From positions 8,845 to 72,844 of the forward strand of contig JACRHW010000016.1 of NCBI GenBank assembly GCA_016217555.1: a stretch of 64,000 nucleotides of DNA, written 5' to 3'. The notes beneath the pieces were generated by a model. That model saw only the letters and a list, made by a program, of their open reading frames with translations, ran no database searches and was not told the origin of the DNA. Source of the DNA: Parcubacteria group bacterium. Lineage in GTDB: Bacteria > Patescibacteriota > Minisyncoccia > UBA6257 > JACRHW01. Each line of letters starts with the position of its first letter. The stretch's first letter is position 1. The translations under genes were made by a program, and so were the position numbers. Below are positions 47,799 through 56,849 of this stretch, piece by piece.

Positions 47799-48857
47799 GT
47801 GACATCAAGATTTCTAAAAAAAGGGAGGATAATAAATGTATCTATATTATTAGTAGTTATTCCTATCTTCGCTTTCGCACAAAGTATCGTTCCTTGTAGC
47901 GGACCGGACTGTTCGATTTGTGATCTAGTGGTACTTGTAAACAATCTTTATCTTTTTATTATTGGGTGGAGTCCCGTGGTTGCTGCGCTTCTTATTGGTT
48001 GGGCGGGGATTCAGATGATTATCTATGGCTCAAACTCAAGCAAGATTGGTGAAGCGCGTAATTCCATACAAAAAACACTACTGTGGCTCGCCATTATTTA
48101 CTGCTCATTCCTCATCGTAAATCTCGTCATCCACCTCCTCCCTGTCTCAAGCAAACTTCAAGGCAGTTGGTATAAATTCACGTGCACATCACATTCGCCA
48201 GGTCTGGGCGGGCAAGGCCTTACAAAAGTAACAGGGAGTAGGGTGACACTCAGCAGAGTAGAACAGACATCAAGAGGAGGTGAAACACCACCACCGGGAG
48301 GAGGAAACGGAATAAGCCACCAGGGAGAATATGCAGGAACCTTAAGTTATCCAAAGAATGTGGATCCAAAAAGTTTGAATGATTGTTTAGATAAAGCAAT
48401 CAGAAGTATGAATTCAAATTCACCATTACGAGGCGAGTGGTTTGCACAAGAAGGGGCAAAACACAACATTAATCCTGCATTTCTCATCGCAATCGCAAAA
48501 CAAGAGTCACAACTTGGTACTTCCTATGATTATACAAAAGCAGATCCCAAAAACGGTGGGCGTTATAATATTGGCAATATCCGTCCTGTTGGTGGCACTG
48601 GATTTGCCAATTATAATTCTTTTCAAGAGGGCATAGACGCAAAGGCAACCCTTTTGGCAGATTGGTATATATATCCAAATGGAAAAAAGGGGTACAGCAA
48701 CCTAACAACTGTTAGGGCCGTAGGATATGTATATTGTCCACCAGCTGATTGCGGACCAAGTCATACCTCCAAAGAAACCGAAGAATGGATAGCAGGTGTT
48801 TCTAATTATATGTCAAAGATAAATTCAGATTGTGGAGGACGATTACAAACCAAGTAA
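47799..48857 (+). CDS. Pilin fused to a glucosaminidase/lysozyme-like domain
   Basis: IVPC..DCSICD..WAGIQM..EARNSI pilin; NINPAFLIAIAKQESQLG, YNSFQEGI, YCPP; start uncertain. Confidence 0.75.
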   Translation: MTSRFLKKGRIINVSILLVVIPIFAFAQSIVPCSGPDCSICDLVVLVNNLYLFIIGWSPVVAALLIGWAGIQMIIYGSNSSKIGEARNSIQKTLLWLAIIYCSFLIVNLVIHLLPVSSKLQGSWYKFTCTSHSPGLGGQGLTKVTGSRVTLSRVEQTSRGGETPPPGGGNGISHQGEYAGTLSYPKNVDPKSLNDCLDKAIRSMNSNSPLRGEWFAQEGAKHNINPAFLIAIAKQESQLGTSYDYTKADPKNGGRYNIGNIRPVGGTGFANYNSFQEGIDAKATLLADWYIYPNGKKGYSNLTTVRAVGYVYCPPADCGPSHTSKETEEWIAGVSNYMSKINSDCGGRLQTK

Positions 48858-49706
48858 ACTTCCCGACATTGGTTTTTTACCTTCAATTTGGATAGTGTCC
48901 AGGATTAAAACATTATTTTCTACGTGTGCTTTGAGTACTTTAATACGCTTACCATCTTTCATAAAATAAGTTCCTGGTTCTTGATTTAGGGCGCGCACCT
49001 TGCAGTCGAGTTCCTCAGCTGGTTTATTAAAATCCAATAATCCATCTTCGCCTTTGTATATCTTAGTGTATATCGCCAGCGCATCATCTTGCGGCACTGG
49101 TTTAATTTTTCCTTCTAGCCAGTCCGGAATAACATCTATGAGTGTTTTTGCTCCTAATTCAGCAAGTTCTTTGCTAAGGGTGGGGTAGTCATAATTGGAA
49201 ATTGCCGCCTCTGGCGAGCCTCGCTCTTGGCGGGGAAATTCATACTTGGAAATTTTTAGTATTTGTCCATGATCCATCTTCTCATCCAAAAGCATTATGG
49301 TTACGCCAGTTTCTTTGTCACCATTTAAGATCGCTGTCTGGATAGGGGTGGGTCCACGGTATTTGGGAAGTAATGAAGGGTGTACGTTGAGGCTTCCGTG
49401 CTTTGGAATATCAAGTACTGATTTTGGAATAAGTTTTCCATAGGCAGCAACAATAAAAATATCAGGCTCTAGTGCCGCAAGATCATCTTTTATTTCACTC
49501 AATTTTTCAGGTTGAAAAACAGGAATGTCTTTTAATCCCTCCTGTTCAAGAATCCATTTTTTGACGAGTGGGGGAGTTATGGTATGTTTTCTTCCTACTG
49601 GTCTATCCGGATTTGTCACAATAGCGCTCGGAACATAACCAGCCTCAATAAGATGTTCGAGAATAGTGACAGCAAAATCAGGGGTTCCAAAAAAAACGTA
49701 TTTCAT
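48843..49706 (-). CDS. fmt: Methionyl-tRNA formyltransferase with a 30-nt in-frame palindromic insertion
   Basis: FFGTPDFA, NVHPSLLPKYRGPTPIQ, TGVTIM..MDHG. Confidence 0.96.
   Translation of the reverse strand: MKYVFFGTPDFAVTILEHLIEAGYVPSAIVTNPDRPVGRKHTITPPLVKKWILEQEGLKDIPVFQPEKLSEIKDDLAALEPDIFIVAAYGKLIPKSVLDIPKHGSLNVHPSLLPKYRGPTPIQTAILNGDKETGVTIMLLDEKMDHGQILKISKYEFPRQERGSPEAAISNYDYPTLSKELAELGAKTLIDVIPDWLEGKIKPVPQDDALAIYTKIYKGEDGLLDFNKPAEELDCKVRALNQEPGTYFMKDGKRIKVLKAHVENNVLILDTIQIEGKKPMSGSLLGL
49205..49234. repeat. In-frame palindromic insertion in fmt
   Basis: CCGCCTCTGGCGAGCCTCGCTCTTGGCGGG; removing it restores an AATTTCC heptamer run on the coding strand. Confidence 0.7.
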
Positions 49707-49711
49707 AGGAG

Positions 49712-49778
49712 TGTATTTTGTATCTAGTAGTTAGTATCTTGTATATGTCCACCATAGGCGGACTGCGTGCCAGATACA
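49712..49778. repeat. TAGTATC-type heptamer element with nested GTCCACCATAGGCGGAC
   Basis: Lies in the def-fmt spacer; related to 60779-60878. Confidence 0.55.
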
Positions 49779-49794
49779 ACGTTTAACATAAAAT

Positions 49795-50274
49795 TTAAGC
49801 TTTTACTTCTCCGTCAACGCGATATAAAGAGGTCGCTTTATCAATAAACAATTTACCGTTAAGGTGATCCATTTCGTGTTGGAAGATGCGCGCGAGAAGA
49901 CCCACTGCTTTAATTTTTACAAATTTTCCACGCATATCTGTTCCCTGAATGGTTATTTTTGTAGCGCGCTTTACAGGACCATACACCATCGGTACGCTCA
50001 AACACCCCTCCTCACCCTCCTCCTCCTCAGATGAACTTTTTATAATTTCTGGATTAATAAGCGTATAAAATTTACCAGCATGGGTCGCAACAAATACCTT
50101 ACACTCTTCACCAATTTGATTTGCAGCGAGACCGATACCATTTGTGGCAATCATTGTTTTTTTCATCTCACCAACAAAACCACGCGTAATAGAGTGTGGG
50201 TCAGAAACCTCCTTTGTTTTCTTTCTCAAGAAAGCCTCAGATTCTTTGGTTGCAATAGTTACGATGGTGAACAT
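49795..50274 (-). CDS. def: Peptide deformylase
   Basis: GIGLAANQIG, EGCLS, QHEMDHLNG. Confidence 0.97.
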   Translation of the reverse strand: MFTIVTIATKESEAFLRKKTKEVSDPHSITRGFVGEMKKTMIATNGIGLAANQIGEECKVFVATHAGKFYTLINPEIIKSSSEEEEGEEGCLSVPMVYGPVKRATKITIQGTDMRGKFVKIKAVGLLARIFQHEMDHLNGKLFIDKATSLYRVDGEVKA

Positions 50275-50330
50275 GACGATTAGCTTATTAGGTCTACGGA
50301 TTAACTTATATCACAAAAACTCATTAAGTA

Positions 50331-52106
50331 CTAGAGTATAGAGGTGGCGCCAATATCAATGGTAAATCCGCGAGGTACTAATGCCAAGAAACGATTTCGT
50401 GCACGCAAATCATCATCGGTAATCTCTGGGGGACTCTTTTTGAGATGCATAAAAATATGGTAATAATATTGACGATTTATTTTGCTTATAAAGGCGGGGG
50501 ATGGATCGGAAATCTCAAATGATGCCTCGAGATGGTTACTTATAACAAATTCGCGCATACGTGCCACAAGAGTAGCCATAGTACTTTTGATACTTTCCTC
50601 GCTACTGTGTGTATAGGTAATTTTAGTAAGTTCCGCGAATGGGGGATACCCATAGCGCTCTCTCGCCCTGCGCTCTCTCTCAAAAAATTTCTCTGGCGTG
50701 TTGATGTATCCAAAAATAGGACGCGTACTATCTCGAGTACAAATATAAATATGTTTTGATGAAAAACCTAGTTTTCGTACCATACGAAAGACACGTTCCT
50801 CGCTTCCAAAATCAGGAATGTTAAGCATGCGATCCGTGTCGATAATAAGTGATGCATCGACTAAGGGTAGTGAGTGTTTAAAGATAAGCTCTGTAGCCAC
50901 AAGGACACCTTGGTGGGACTCATTAAATTGATTAAGTATCTCTTCTTCTCTTTTTGAAGTTTTAGCATTATCAGAATCGAAGGGAAAAAACGTATGCAGA
51001 GGAAATACTTTCTTAAACCTCTCAACTACCTTTTCCGATCCCACCCCAGAGAATCCCGTCAAAAAACCATGACACTCAGGACAAATATCTTGAGGATTTT
51101 TCTCTACGTACTTACAGTGATGACAGGTGAGACGTTTTGTTTGATTCGTGTCATCTACATGCGAAACAAATCCCGCGGAACACCTTGGACAACGATACAT
51201 ATAGCCACACGAGGCACAAAGAACAAAAGGAACATATCCACGTCGATTTACGAGAATAATAATTTTATTACATTGTTGTAATTCTGATAGCGGAAGATTC
51301 TTTATTAATCGTGAAAATACATCAAGTTGCATTTTTCTCGCTGGGTCTTTTTTGCCCCCAAGAAGGGTATATGCAATATCTTGGGCATTATGACGTGTCA
51401 TAATGCCTTGCTGAACTTCTGAACCATGAACACGAGCGAGCTCCTCTGCAAGAACGTGTGTATCGAAAAAAGGAAAAGACAGGTTCTTGTATAAACTATG
51501 ATCTGCTTCAGCTATTTTGATAGAGGCAAGATTGTGCCACGGCAAAAAGAGTGCTGAAGATAATCCAACCACTGTTATAGGATCCCCCCTTAATATTTTT
51601 GTCCAAAGCGCTCTCTGTACTTTTACCGGCAAAGATTTCTTATAAACAACAAACCCTTGATCACTAAGCTCTGTAGCAATATGATTGAGAAACGCCTCTG
51701 TGGGGACAAGAATAAGGCGCTGAGATGCAACACTATCGAAACGTTTCGGAATAGAAAGTTCTGGAAAATGAAGAAATGTTTTTGCGGGGGAGGGGAGAGC
51801 GTATTTAAGTACGGAGGGCAAAGCCATATTATAACGCAATGCAACACGTTCAAAAAAAAGCTTCTGGCGAGGACTAATAATAGGTGCATCACTTATTACA
51901 CCCCTGATAGATTGTGGCACATATCCAGCATTCTTTACCGAAAGCTTTATCTCCTTAATATGAGTTGAAGAGACAACAAAAGCGACACAATCCCTACCAC
52001 GAAGGGGGACGGTAATCAAATTACCACGCATGAGCGGTTGCTTGGCGTAGTAGGTAAGCACAGGATTGGGGATGGACTCTAAGACAAGGGCTTTAATGAT
52101 ATACAT
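50331..52106 (-). CDS. priA: Primosomal protein N' (PriA), short with degenerate helicase motifs
   Basis: VPLRGR, NRRGY, four CxxC motifs, GSEKV, PDF.SEER, YPPF; no Walker A seen. Confidence 0.88.
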   Translation of the reverse strand: MYIIKALVLESIPNPVLTYYAKQPLMRGNLITVPLRGRDCVAFVVSSTHIKEIKLSVKNAGYVPQSIRGVISDAPIISPRQKLFFERVALRYNMALPSVLKYALPSPAKTFLHFPELSIPKRFDSVASQRLILVPTEAFLNHIATELSDQGFVVYKKSLPVKVQRALWTKILRGDPITVVGLSSALFLPWHNLASIKIAEADHSLYKNLSFPFFDTHVLAEELARVHGSEVQQGIMTRHNAQDIAYTLLGGKKDPARKMQLDVFSRLIKNLPLSELQQCNKIIILVNRRGYVPFVLCASCGYMYRCPRCSAGFVSHVDDTNQTKRLTCHHCKYVEKNPQDICPECHGFLTGFSGVGSEKVVERFKKVFPLHTFFPFDSDNAKTSKREEEILNQFNESHQGVLVATELIFKHSLPLVDASLIIDTDRMLNIPDFGSEERVFRMVRKLGFSSKHIYICTRDSTRPIFGYINTPEKFFERERRARERYGYPPFAELTKITYTHSSEESIKSTMATLVARMREFVISNHLEASFEISDPSPAFISKINRQYYYHIFMHLKKSPPEITDDDLRARNRFLALVPRGFTIDIGATSIL

Positions 52107-52112
52107 ACTGCC

Positions 52113-52193
52113 GTCATTCCCGACTTGATCGGGAATCCAGAGCCCTAAGGTATCCTTAAGAATCCTAGATTCCCGCTTACGCCAGGAATGACA
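52113..52193. repeat. GTCATTCCC...GGAATGAC palindromic element
   Basis: gtcattcccgacttgatcgggaatccag...ctagattcccgcttacgccaggaatgac. Confidence 0.75.
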
Positions 52194-52256
52194 AATTAAT
52201 AGTCCACAAATTGACAGAGAAGACGAAAAACTCGATACTAATACTTATAAGATACC

Positions 52257-53513
52257 ATGAAAAAAATATCTAAACTTCTCCTTTCTTTAAAGGAAATTGG
52301 ACCGCTAGCAAAAATTCCTCTTCTTATCATTTCACTTTTCCTTGTAGGAGTCGGCAGTTTCTATATAGGGAGAATTTCTGTGGCACTCGTACCACCACAA
52401 ATTGTAATTCCTGCGCACGTCACCTCACCCACCAAACCTAATCTTGATTTTGGTATTTTTTGGGAAGCCTGGAATACTGCCCAAGACCTCTACTTATTTA
52501 AATCAAAGATAAACGAAAAAGAAATGGTCTATGGCGCCACAAGGGGGATGATCAAGTCGCTTAACGATCCCTACACAGAGTTTTTTACCCCGGAAGAAAA
52601 TAAAACCTTTGCACAAGAGGTGGGAGGAGCTTTTGGCGGTATCGGTGCAGAAATTGGCTTCAAAAACGAAGATCTCACCATTATTGCCCCCCTCAAGGGA
52701 AACCAAGCGGAGGCGGTAGGACTTCAGGCGGGCGATAGAATTCTCAAAATTGATGCAAAAATAGTTACAAAGGATATGTCTCTTGATGAAGCAATACGTC
52801 TTATTCGTGGCCCCATAGATACTAAAGTAAAACTTCTTATACTAAGAAAAGATGCACAAACCCCAAAGGAATTTGAAATAACAAGAAAAGAGGTGGTAAT
52901 TCCTACTGCTGAGCTTGATATGCTCGAAGGAGGTATTGCCCACATAAAACTTTACAATTTTAATGCCCGTGCAGCGTCAAAATTTTATAGTCTTATATAC
53001 GAATCTCTTCTCAAGGGAACAAAAGGATATATCGTCGATGTACGTAATAATCCAGGAGGCTTTCTAGAGGTCGGCATCGACATCGCAAGTCATTTTATCG
53101 AACCGGGACAGATCGTAGTAAAAGAAGAAAATTATAAAGGACAGGTAGAGCTCCATCGTTCCTCGATTGATGGAAGTGCAGTATTGCGACAATTTCCTGT
53201 AGTTCTTCTTGCTAACGAAGGTTCTGCATCCGCCTCTGAAATTCTTATTGGTGCATTACGAGATAATCGAGGAACAAAATTGATAGGAAAGAAAACGTTC
53301 GGAAAAGGAGTAGTCCAAGAACTAAGAACACTAAGTGATGGATCCTCTCTCAAAGTAACTATTGCACGTTGGCTCACTCCAAAAGGAACTTCTCTTGCAA
53401 ATGGAGGCCTTGTTCCCGACTATGAGATAAACTTCACCGAAGAAGATGCAAAAAATAAACGCGATCCACAACTGAGTAAAGCCATTGAAGTTCTTAAAGA
53501 ACAAATAAAATAA
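52257..53513 (+). CDS. S41 family C-terminal processing peptidase (CtpA-like)
   Basis: LNDPYT, FGGIGA, PDZ, DVRNNPGG, SASASEI, TFGKGVVQ. Confidence 0.95.
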   Translation: MKKISKLLLSLKEIGPLAKIPLLIISLFLVGVGSFYIGRISVALVPPQIVIPAHVTSPTKPNLDFGIFWEAWNTAQDLYLFKSKINEKEMVYGATRGMIKSLNDPYTEFFTPEENKTFAQEVGGAFGGIGAEIGFKNEDLTIIAPLKGNQAEAVGLQAGDRILKIDAKIVTKDMSLDEAIRLIRGPIDTKVKLLILRKDAQTPKEFEITRKEVVIPTAELDMLEGGIAHIKLYNFNARAASKFYSLIYESLLKGTKGYIVDVRNNPGGFLEVGIDIASHFIEPGQIVVKEENYKGQVELHRSSIDGSAVLRQFPVVLLANEGSASASEILIGALRDNRGTKLIGKKTFGKGVVQELRTLSDGSSLKVTIARWLTPKGTSLANGGLVPDYEINFTEEDAKNKRDPQLSKAIEVLKEQIK

Positions 53514-53514
53514 T

Positions 53515-53727
53515 ATGGATATCTCGACTTTAAAATCTCTTACTAGTCTCGTGTTTATTCTTTCAATTTTTTTCGTATTGATCATGAGCGTTATTCTTAA
53601 TTACCATTGGTCAAACTACGGTGTTAACACATTATCATTAAGAAAAATACAGCTCGTACACATACTTGTCATGGGAATCTTGTTTTTCCTCACCATTATC
53701 TTATTTTTTAATACCCTCGCATCATGA
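53515..53727 (+). CDS. Small two-TM membrane protein
   Basis: Hydrophobic, ILNYHW.NYG motif, tightly coupled to neighbours. Confidence 0.65.
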   Translation: MDISTLKSLTSLVFILSIFFVLIMSVILNYHWSNYGVNTLSLRKIQLVHILVMGILFFLTIILFFNTLAS

Positions 53728-54257
53728 TTCAACTCTACGAAGGCGAAACAATTACAAAAACAATCAGGCGCCATTGGTTTATCGTTGCCACTGATATTGT
53801 TATGTTTCTTTTTTTTGCATTGGTGCCCCTTTTTGGGATTACAATGTTTTTAAATGCGGTAACAAAAGGAGGGGGTGCAACAGACTATGGAGCTTTCATT
53901 GCTTTTTTTTATCTCGTGTGGCTTGAGTTCTCATGGATTATGTTTGCAGTAACATGGACGACAAACTACTACCTCGATGTTGTTCTCATTACCAATCGCC
54001 GCCTTTTAAAAGTAGAACAAAAAGGATTGTTCGCACGAGACATTGCAGAGATGAGACTCGAAAGAATCCAAGATATCTCAGTGGATATTATGGGCCTCAT
54101 CCCCTCATTACTCAATTTTGGAGACCTCAAGGTACAAACTGCGGGAGAAGAAGAGGCATTTGTCATATCAGATATACCTGACCCAAACGGAATAAAAAAT
54201 ACCATATTTGAACATCACGACGATCCACAGGGACCCGTCACAAAACAAGGATTATGA
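53724..54257 (+). CDS. Membrane protein with bacterial PH domain
   Basis: RRHW, two TMs, ITNRR, RIQDISV, NFGDLKVQTAG, IPDP. Confidence 0.85.
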   Translation: MIQLYEGETITKTIRRHWFIVATDIVMFLFFALVPLFGITMFLNAVTKGGGATDYGAFIAFFYLVWLEFSWIMFAVTWTTNYYLDVVLITNRRLLKVEQKGLFARDIAEMRLERIQDISVDIMGLIPSLLNFGDLKVQTAGEEEAFVISDIPDPNGIKNTIFEHHDDPQGPVTKQGL

Positions 54258-54697
54258 AACTTATTTTTCTCAAAGATATACCAGGCGTAGGGAAAAAAGG
54301 AGAGGTGAAAGAATGTAAAGAGGGCTATGCTAAAAATTTTCTTCTCCCAAAAAGACTCGCAAAGCTAGCTACTGATGGAGCGCTCTCTTTGGTAGCACAA
54401 CAACACAAAGCACTTGAAACACGTAAGGAGAAAGAACATGCCTCGCAAGTAGCTCTGGCACACACTCTAAAAAACATAGAACTTATATTCACCCTCAAGA
54501 CATCAAAGGAAAATGCATTCGGATCCATTACAAAAAATGATATTCTTCTGAAACTTAGGGAAGAGGGGATTGAACTCACCAAAGAAATGCTTGAGCTTGA
54601 TCGTCCTATAAAAAAAACAGGGATAGTTGAAATCCCTGTTTCTCTAAAAGATAAAATAAGTTCGACACTAACGATACATATTCAAGGTTCCTCTTAA
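54254..54697 (+). CDS. rplI: 50S ribosomal protein L9
   Basis: [20 protein letters not shown]. Confidence 0.96.
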   Translation: MKLIFLKDIPGVGKKGEVKECKEGYAKNFLLPKRLAKLATDGALSLVAQQHKALETRKEKEHASQVALAHTLKNIELIFTLKTSKENAFGSITKNDILLKLREEGIELTKEMLELDRPIKKTGIVEIPVSLKDKISSTLTIHIQGSS

Positions 54698-54966
54698 ACC
54701 ACATTTATCACGGTGATTTTTTTGCGAGATCCATCGAATGAGATTTTTTGACGTGAAGAGAATTTGACGCTTCCTGTAGTAATGGCGTAAAGTGTATCAT
54801 CACCTCCACGTCGAACATTCTTACCGGGATGCCATTTTGTTCCCCGCTGACGTATCAAAATAGTTCCTGCTTTTACAGGTTGTCCATCAAACTTTTTAAC
54901 TCCTAGACGTTTTGAGCGTGAATCTCTGCCCAACTTGGTAGAGCCGCCCGCTTTGGTATGTGCCAT
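54694..54966 (-). CDS. rpmA: 50S ribosomal protein L27
   Basis: [26 protein letters not shown]. Confidence 0.98.
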   Translation of the reverse strand: MAHTKAGGSTKLGRDSRSKRLGVKKFDGQPVKAGTILIRQRGTKWHPGKNVRRGGDDTLYAITTGSVKFSSRQKISFDGSRKKITVINVV

Positions 54967-55066
54967 AGTATAAGTACGTTAGCTAATTAGTATTTAGCTT
55001 TTTAGGAAAACGAGTCGATGCTAGCCTAAGAAGCTAACATCTAACTCTCTAGAAAGCTAATCAATT
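54967..55066. repeat. Heptamer-arm (TTAGCT/AGCTAA) element
   Basis: ttagctaattagtatttagctttttagg...cctaagaagctaacatctaa. Confidence 0.65.
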
Positions 55067-55240
55067 ATGACAAATTTCATCAAAAAAGTCAAAATTTTCT
55101 ATGAGGAGCACAGAATGCTCGTTATTTTTGGATTTCTCATCTTTCTTAGCACCACCATCGCTTTCGCTCTTGGCCTCATAGTAGGGGAGGAGCTCGTCGC
55201 AAAAACACCCTTTATTTATTCAACAGGGGACAGAAAATAA
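55067..55240 (+). CDS. Small (57 aa) single-TM protein; below ORF-track cutoff
   Basis: MTNFIKKVKIFYEEHRMLVIFGFLIFLSTTIAFALGLIVG... Confidence 0.6.
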   Translation: MTNFIKKVKIFYEEHRMLVIFGFLIFLSTTIAFALGLIVGEELVAKTPFIYSTGDRK

Positions 55241-55280
55241 AAAAGGCCGAGAATGCCTCGGCCAATGCAATAAAAGCCTA

Positions 55281-55529
55281 CTAGTTTTTGTTCTCCTTGG
55301 CTACAAAATCATTCTCAACTCCGGTGAAAATCTTATCAGAAATCTTTTGAAATTGCGCGGAGATGGTGTGATAGATTCTGCGAAAAAGTTTCTTAATAGG
55401 ATCATTGATGATTGTCCAAATGAGACTCCATGGCCAATAGGTCATCCACATGAGAATCTTCTTCTTGTAGTTGTAAGCAAGGGGAGTTACAACAAATCTT
55501 TCATCCCGATGATATGTATGTGATCTAAA
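55281..55529 (-). pseudogene. 5'-truncated fragment of a hypothetical protein
   Basis: Stop-to-stop frame ...NYKKKILMWMTYWPWSLIWTIINDPIKKLFRRIY..FQKISDKIF; no start or SD at the 5' end. Confidence 0.45.
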
Positions 55530-55796
55530 TCACAATCAAGTTCATTAATGAAATCGTGTATATGGTCTGGATCAGGAAGCATGAGAAAATATCCTCCAAT
55601 ATAATAATGTACTGAATAGTATATACCATGTATTATTTGTCCTTTCCAGCTTTTATAAACTAGATAGGGGAGCGACTATACCATGGAAAGTTTTCCCCAG
55701 AATATACGTCGCACAATATATGTTTTCGGACGTATCAGGGACTTGTGGTGAGCATAGCCGAACCAATTTAAAAAGCCCCGTATTGGGGCTGCTCAA

Positions 55797-56150
55797 CTAA
55801 TCACTCTTGCCTTGATCACAGTCACATCTCCCGCAAGTTTCGCGCGCTCGGTCTTGTTCTTTTATTGCACGATCTAGATTAGGATATGAATACGCGAAGA
55901 CTTCATCGAAAAAGAGCGCGTTTACTACCCAAAGTAAAACTATAATAACCAGAGTAACCGGAACCATGACCCAATAGAATAGTTCGTGCCAAAAAACATA
56001 AGGAATCGCAGGAATGGTATAGATAAGGCAAAGATCAACACAAAAAACACCAACACATAAGAATCCAAGTTGAACAATATGCTTAAGGCCACTACTCAAC
56101 CTTGCCACATCCTTTCTGGTTGCCAATGAACCAAAGTAATAATAGCACAT
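55797..56150 (-). CDS. Hypothetical two-TM protein
   Basis: Hydrophobic core; the N-terminus in the ORF track derives from an upstream repeat. Confidence 0.45.
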   Translation of the reverse strand: MCYYYFGSLATRKDVARLSSGLKHIVQLGFLCVGVFCVDLCLIYTIPAIPYVFWHELFYWVMVPVTLVIIVLLWVVNALFFDEVFAYSYPNLDRAIKEQDRARETCGRCDCDQGKSD

Positions 56151-56172
56151 GTAGTATGTGCCGTCAAATTTT

Positions 56173-56248
56173 GGATTCCCCTGCCTACCGGTAGGCAGGC
56201 GCCTTCCCTCCCCCGCCAAGGCTACGGAAGGGCACAGCGCGGGAAGAT
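56173..56248. repeat. Triply nested palindromes
   Basis: GGATTCCC[CTGCCTACCGGTAGGCAGGC]GCCTTC[..CCGCCAAGGCTACGGAAGGG..]CGCGGGAA. Confidence 0.65.
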
Positions 56249-56250
56249 AG

Positions 56251-56580
56251 TTAAACTAGATTTTTTAGGTATTCAAGAAAACCAATAATGAGTTTGAAAA
56301 GAGAAATTGATATTTGAATAACGACTTTGGCGATGGGTTTTACAAGCGTATCAATTATCTTCTTACCTACATCCCCTAGTGATTTTGTAATTTCAGAGGA
56401 AGATTTACTAAGCTCTCCTCTATCTACCTGACGCACATTGTCTTTTATTTCTTGTACGGCACCCGTAACCTCCTTTGGAACAGAAGAATTTGTGGTCGCA
56501 AAAGAAACAAAAGAAAACTGGAAAACAAGCAAGCAAAGAATACTTGAAATAAGATACACCCTAAAAGAAACTTTTCTCAT
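56251..56580 (-). CDS. Hypothetical secreted or membrane protein
   Basis: Signal-like N-terminus and amphipathic C-terminus; TGgTATAAT 6 nt before ATG. Confidence 0.65.
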   Translation of the reverse strand: MRKVSFRVYLISSILCLLVFQFSFVSFATTNSSVPKEVTGAVQEIKDNVRQVDRGELSKSSSEITKSLGDVGKKIIDTLVKPIAKVVIQISISLFKLIIGFLEYLKNLV

Positions 56581-56627
56581 ATTCTTATTATACCACAAAT
56601 CAAACCCATTAGGCGCTGATACTAAAT

Positions 56628-56721
56628 AGAGAGATCCTTCGTCTGACGTCTCAGGATGACAGACTGGTGCTGGATTCCCGCCTTGGTTCGACTAGGCTCA
56701 CCATAAATCGCGGGAATAACA
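56628..56721. repeat. GATCCTTC..CAGGATGAC and ATTCCC..GGGAAT elements with nested GGTTCGACTAGGCTCACC
   Basis: Same families as 21780, 52113, 55747. Confidence 0.6.
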
Positions 56722-56737
56722 GTGAGAAGAATGGACA

Positions 56738-56842
56738 CCATCCAAATCAAAAACGAATCCTCAAGGGGGAGTCAGGTGTTATCGCTACGATAGGGGGAAT
56801 ATAACGGTCACCCCCTTGGAGATGAGTGTTTGGTTTGGGTGG
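56738..56842 (-). repeat. Structured palindromic repeat, copy 2 of 3385-3493
   Basis: Reverse complement shares CTCCAAG.GGG.GACCGTTA..CCCCCTAT..TAGCGATA..TGACTCCCCCTTGAGG; different outer stem. Confidence 0.8.
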
Positions 56843-56849
56843 GGGGCAA

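Noticed and set aside
43943-48857. Complete type IV secretion or conjugation system
   Set aside because: No VirB4, VirD4, relaxase or channel genes in the window; only pilin-like modules
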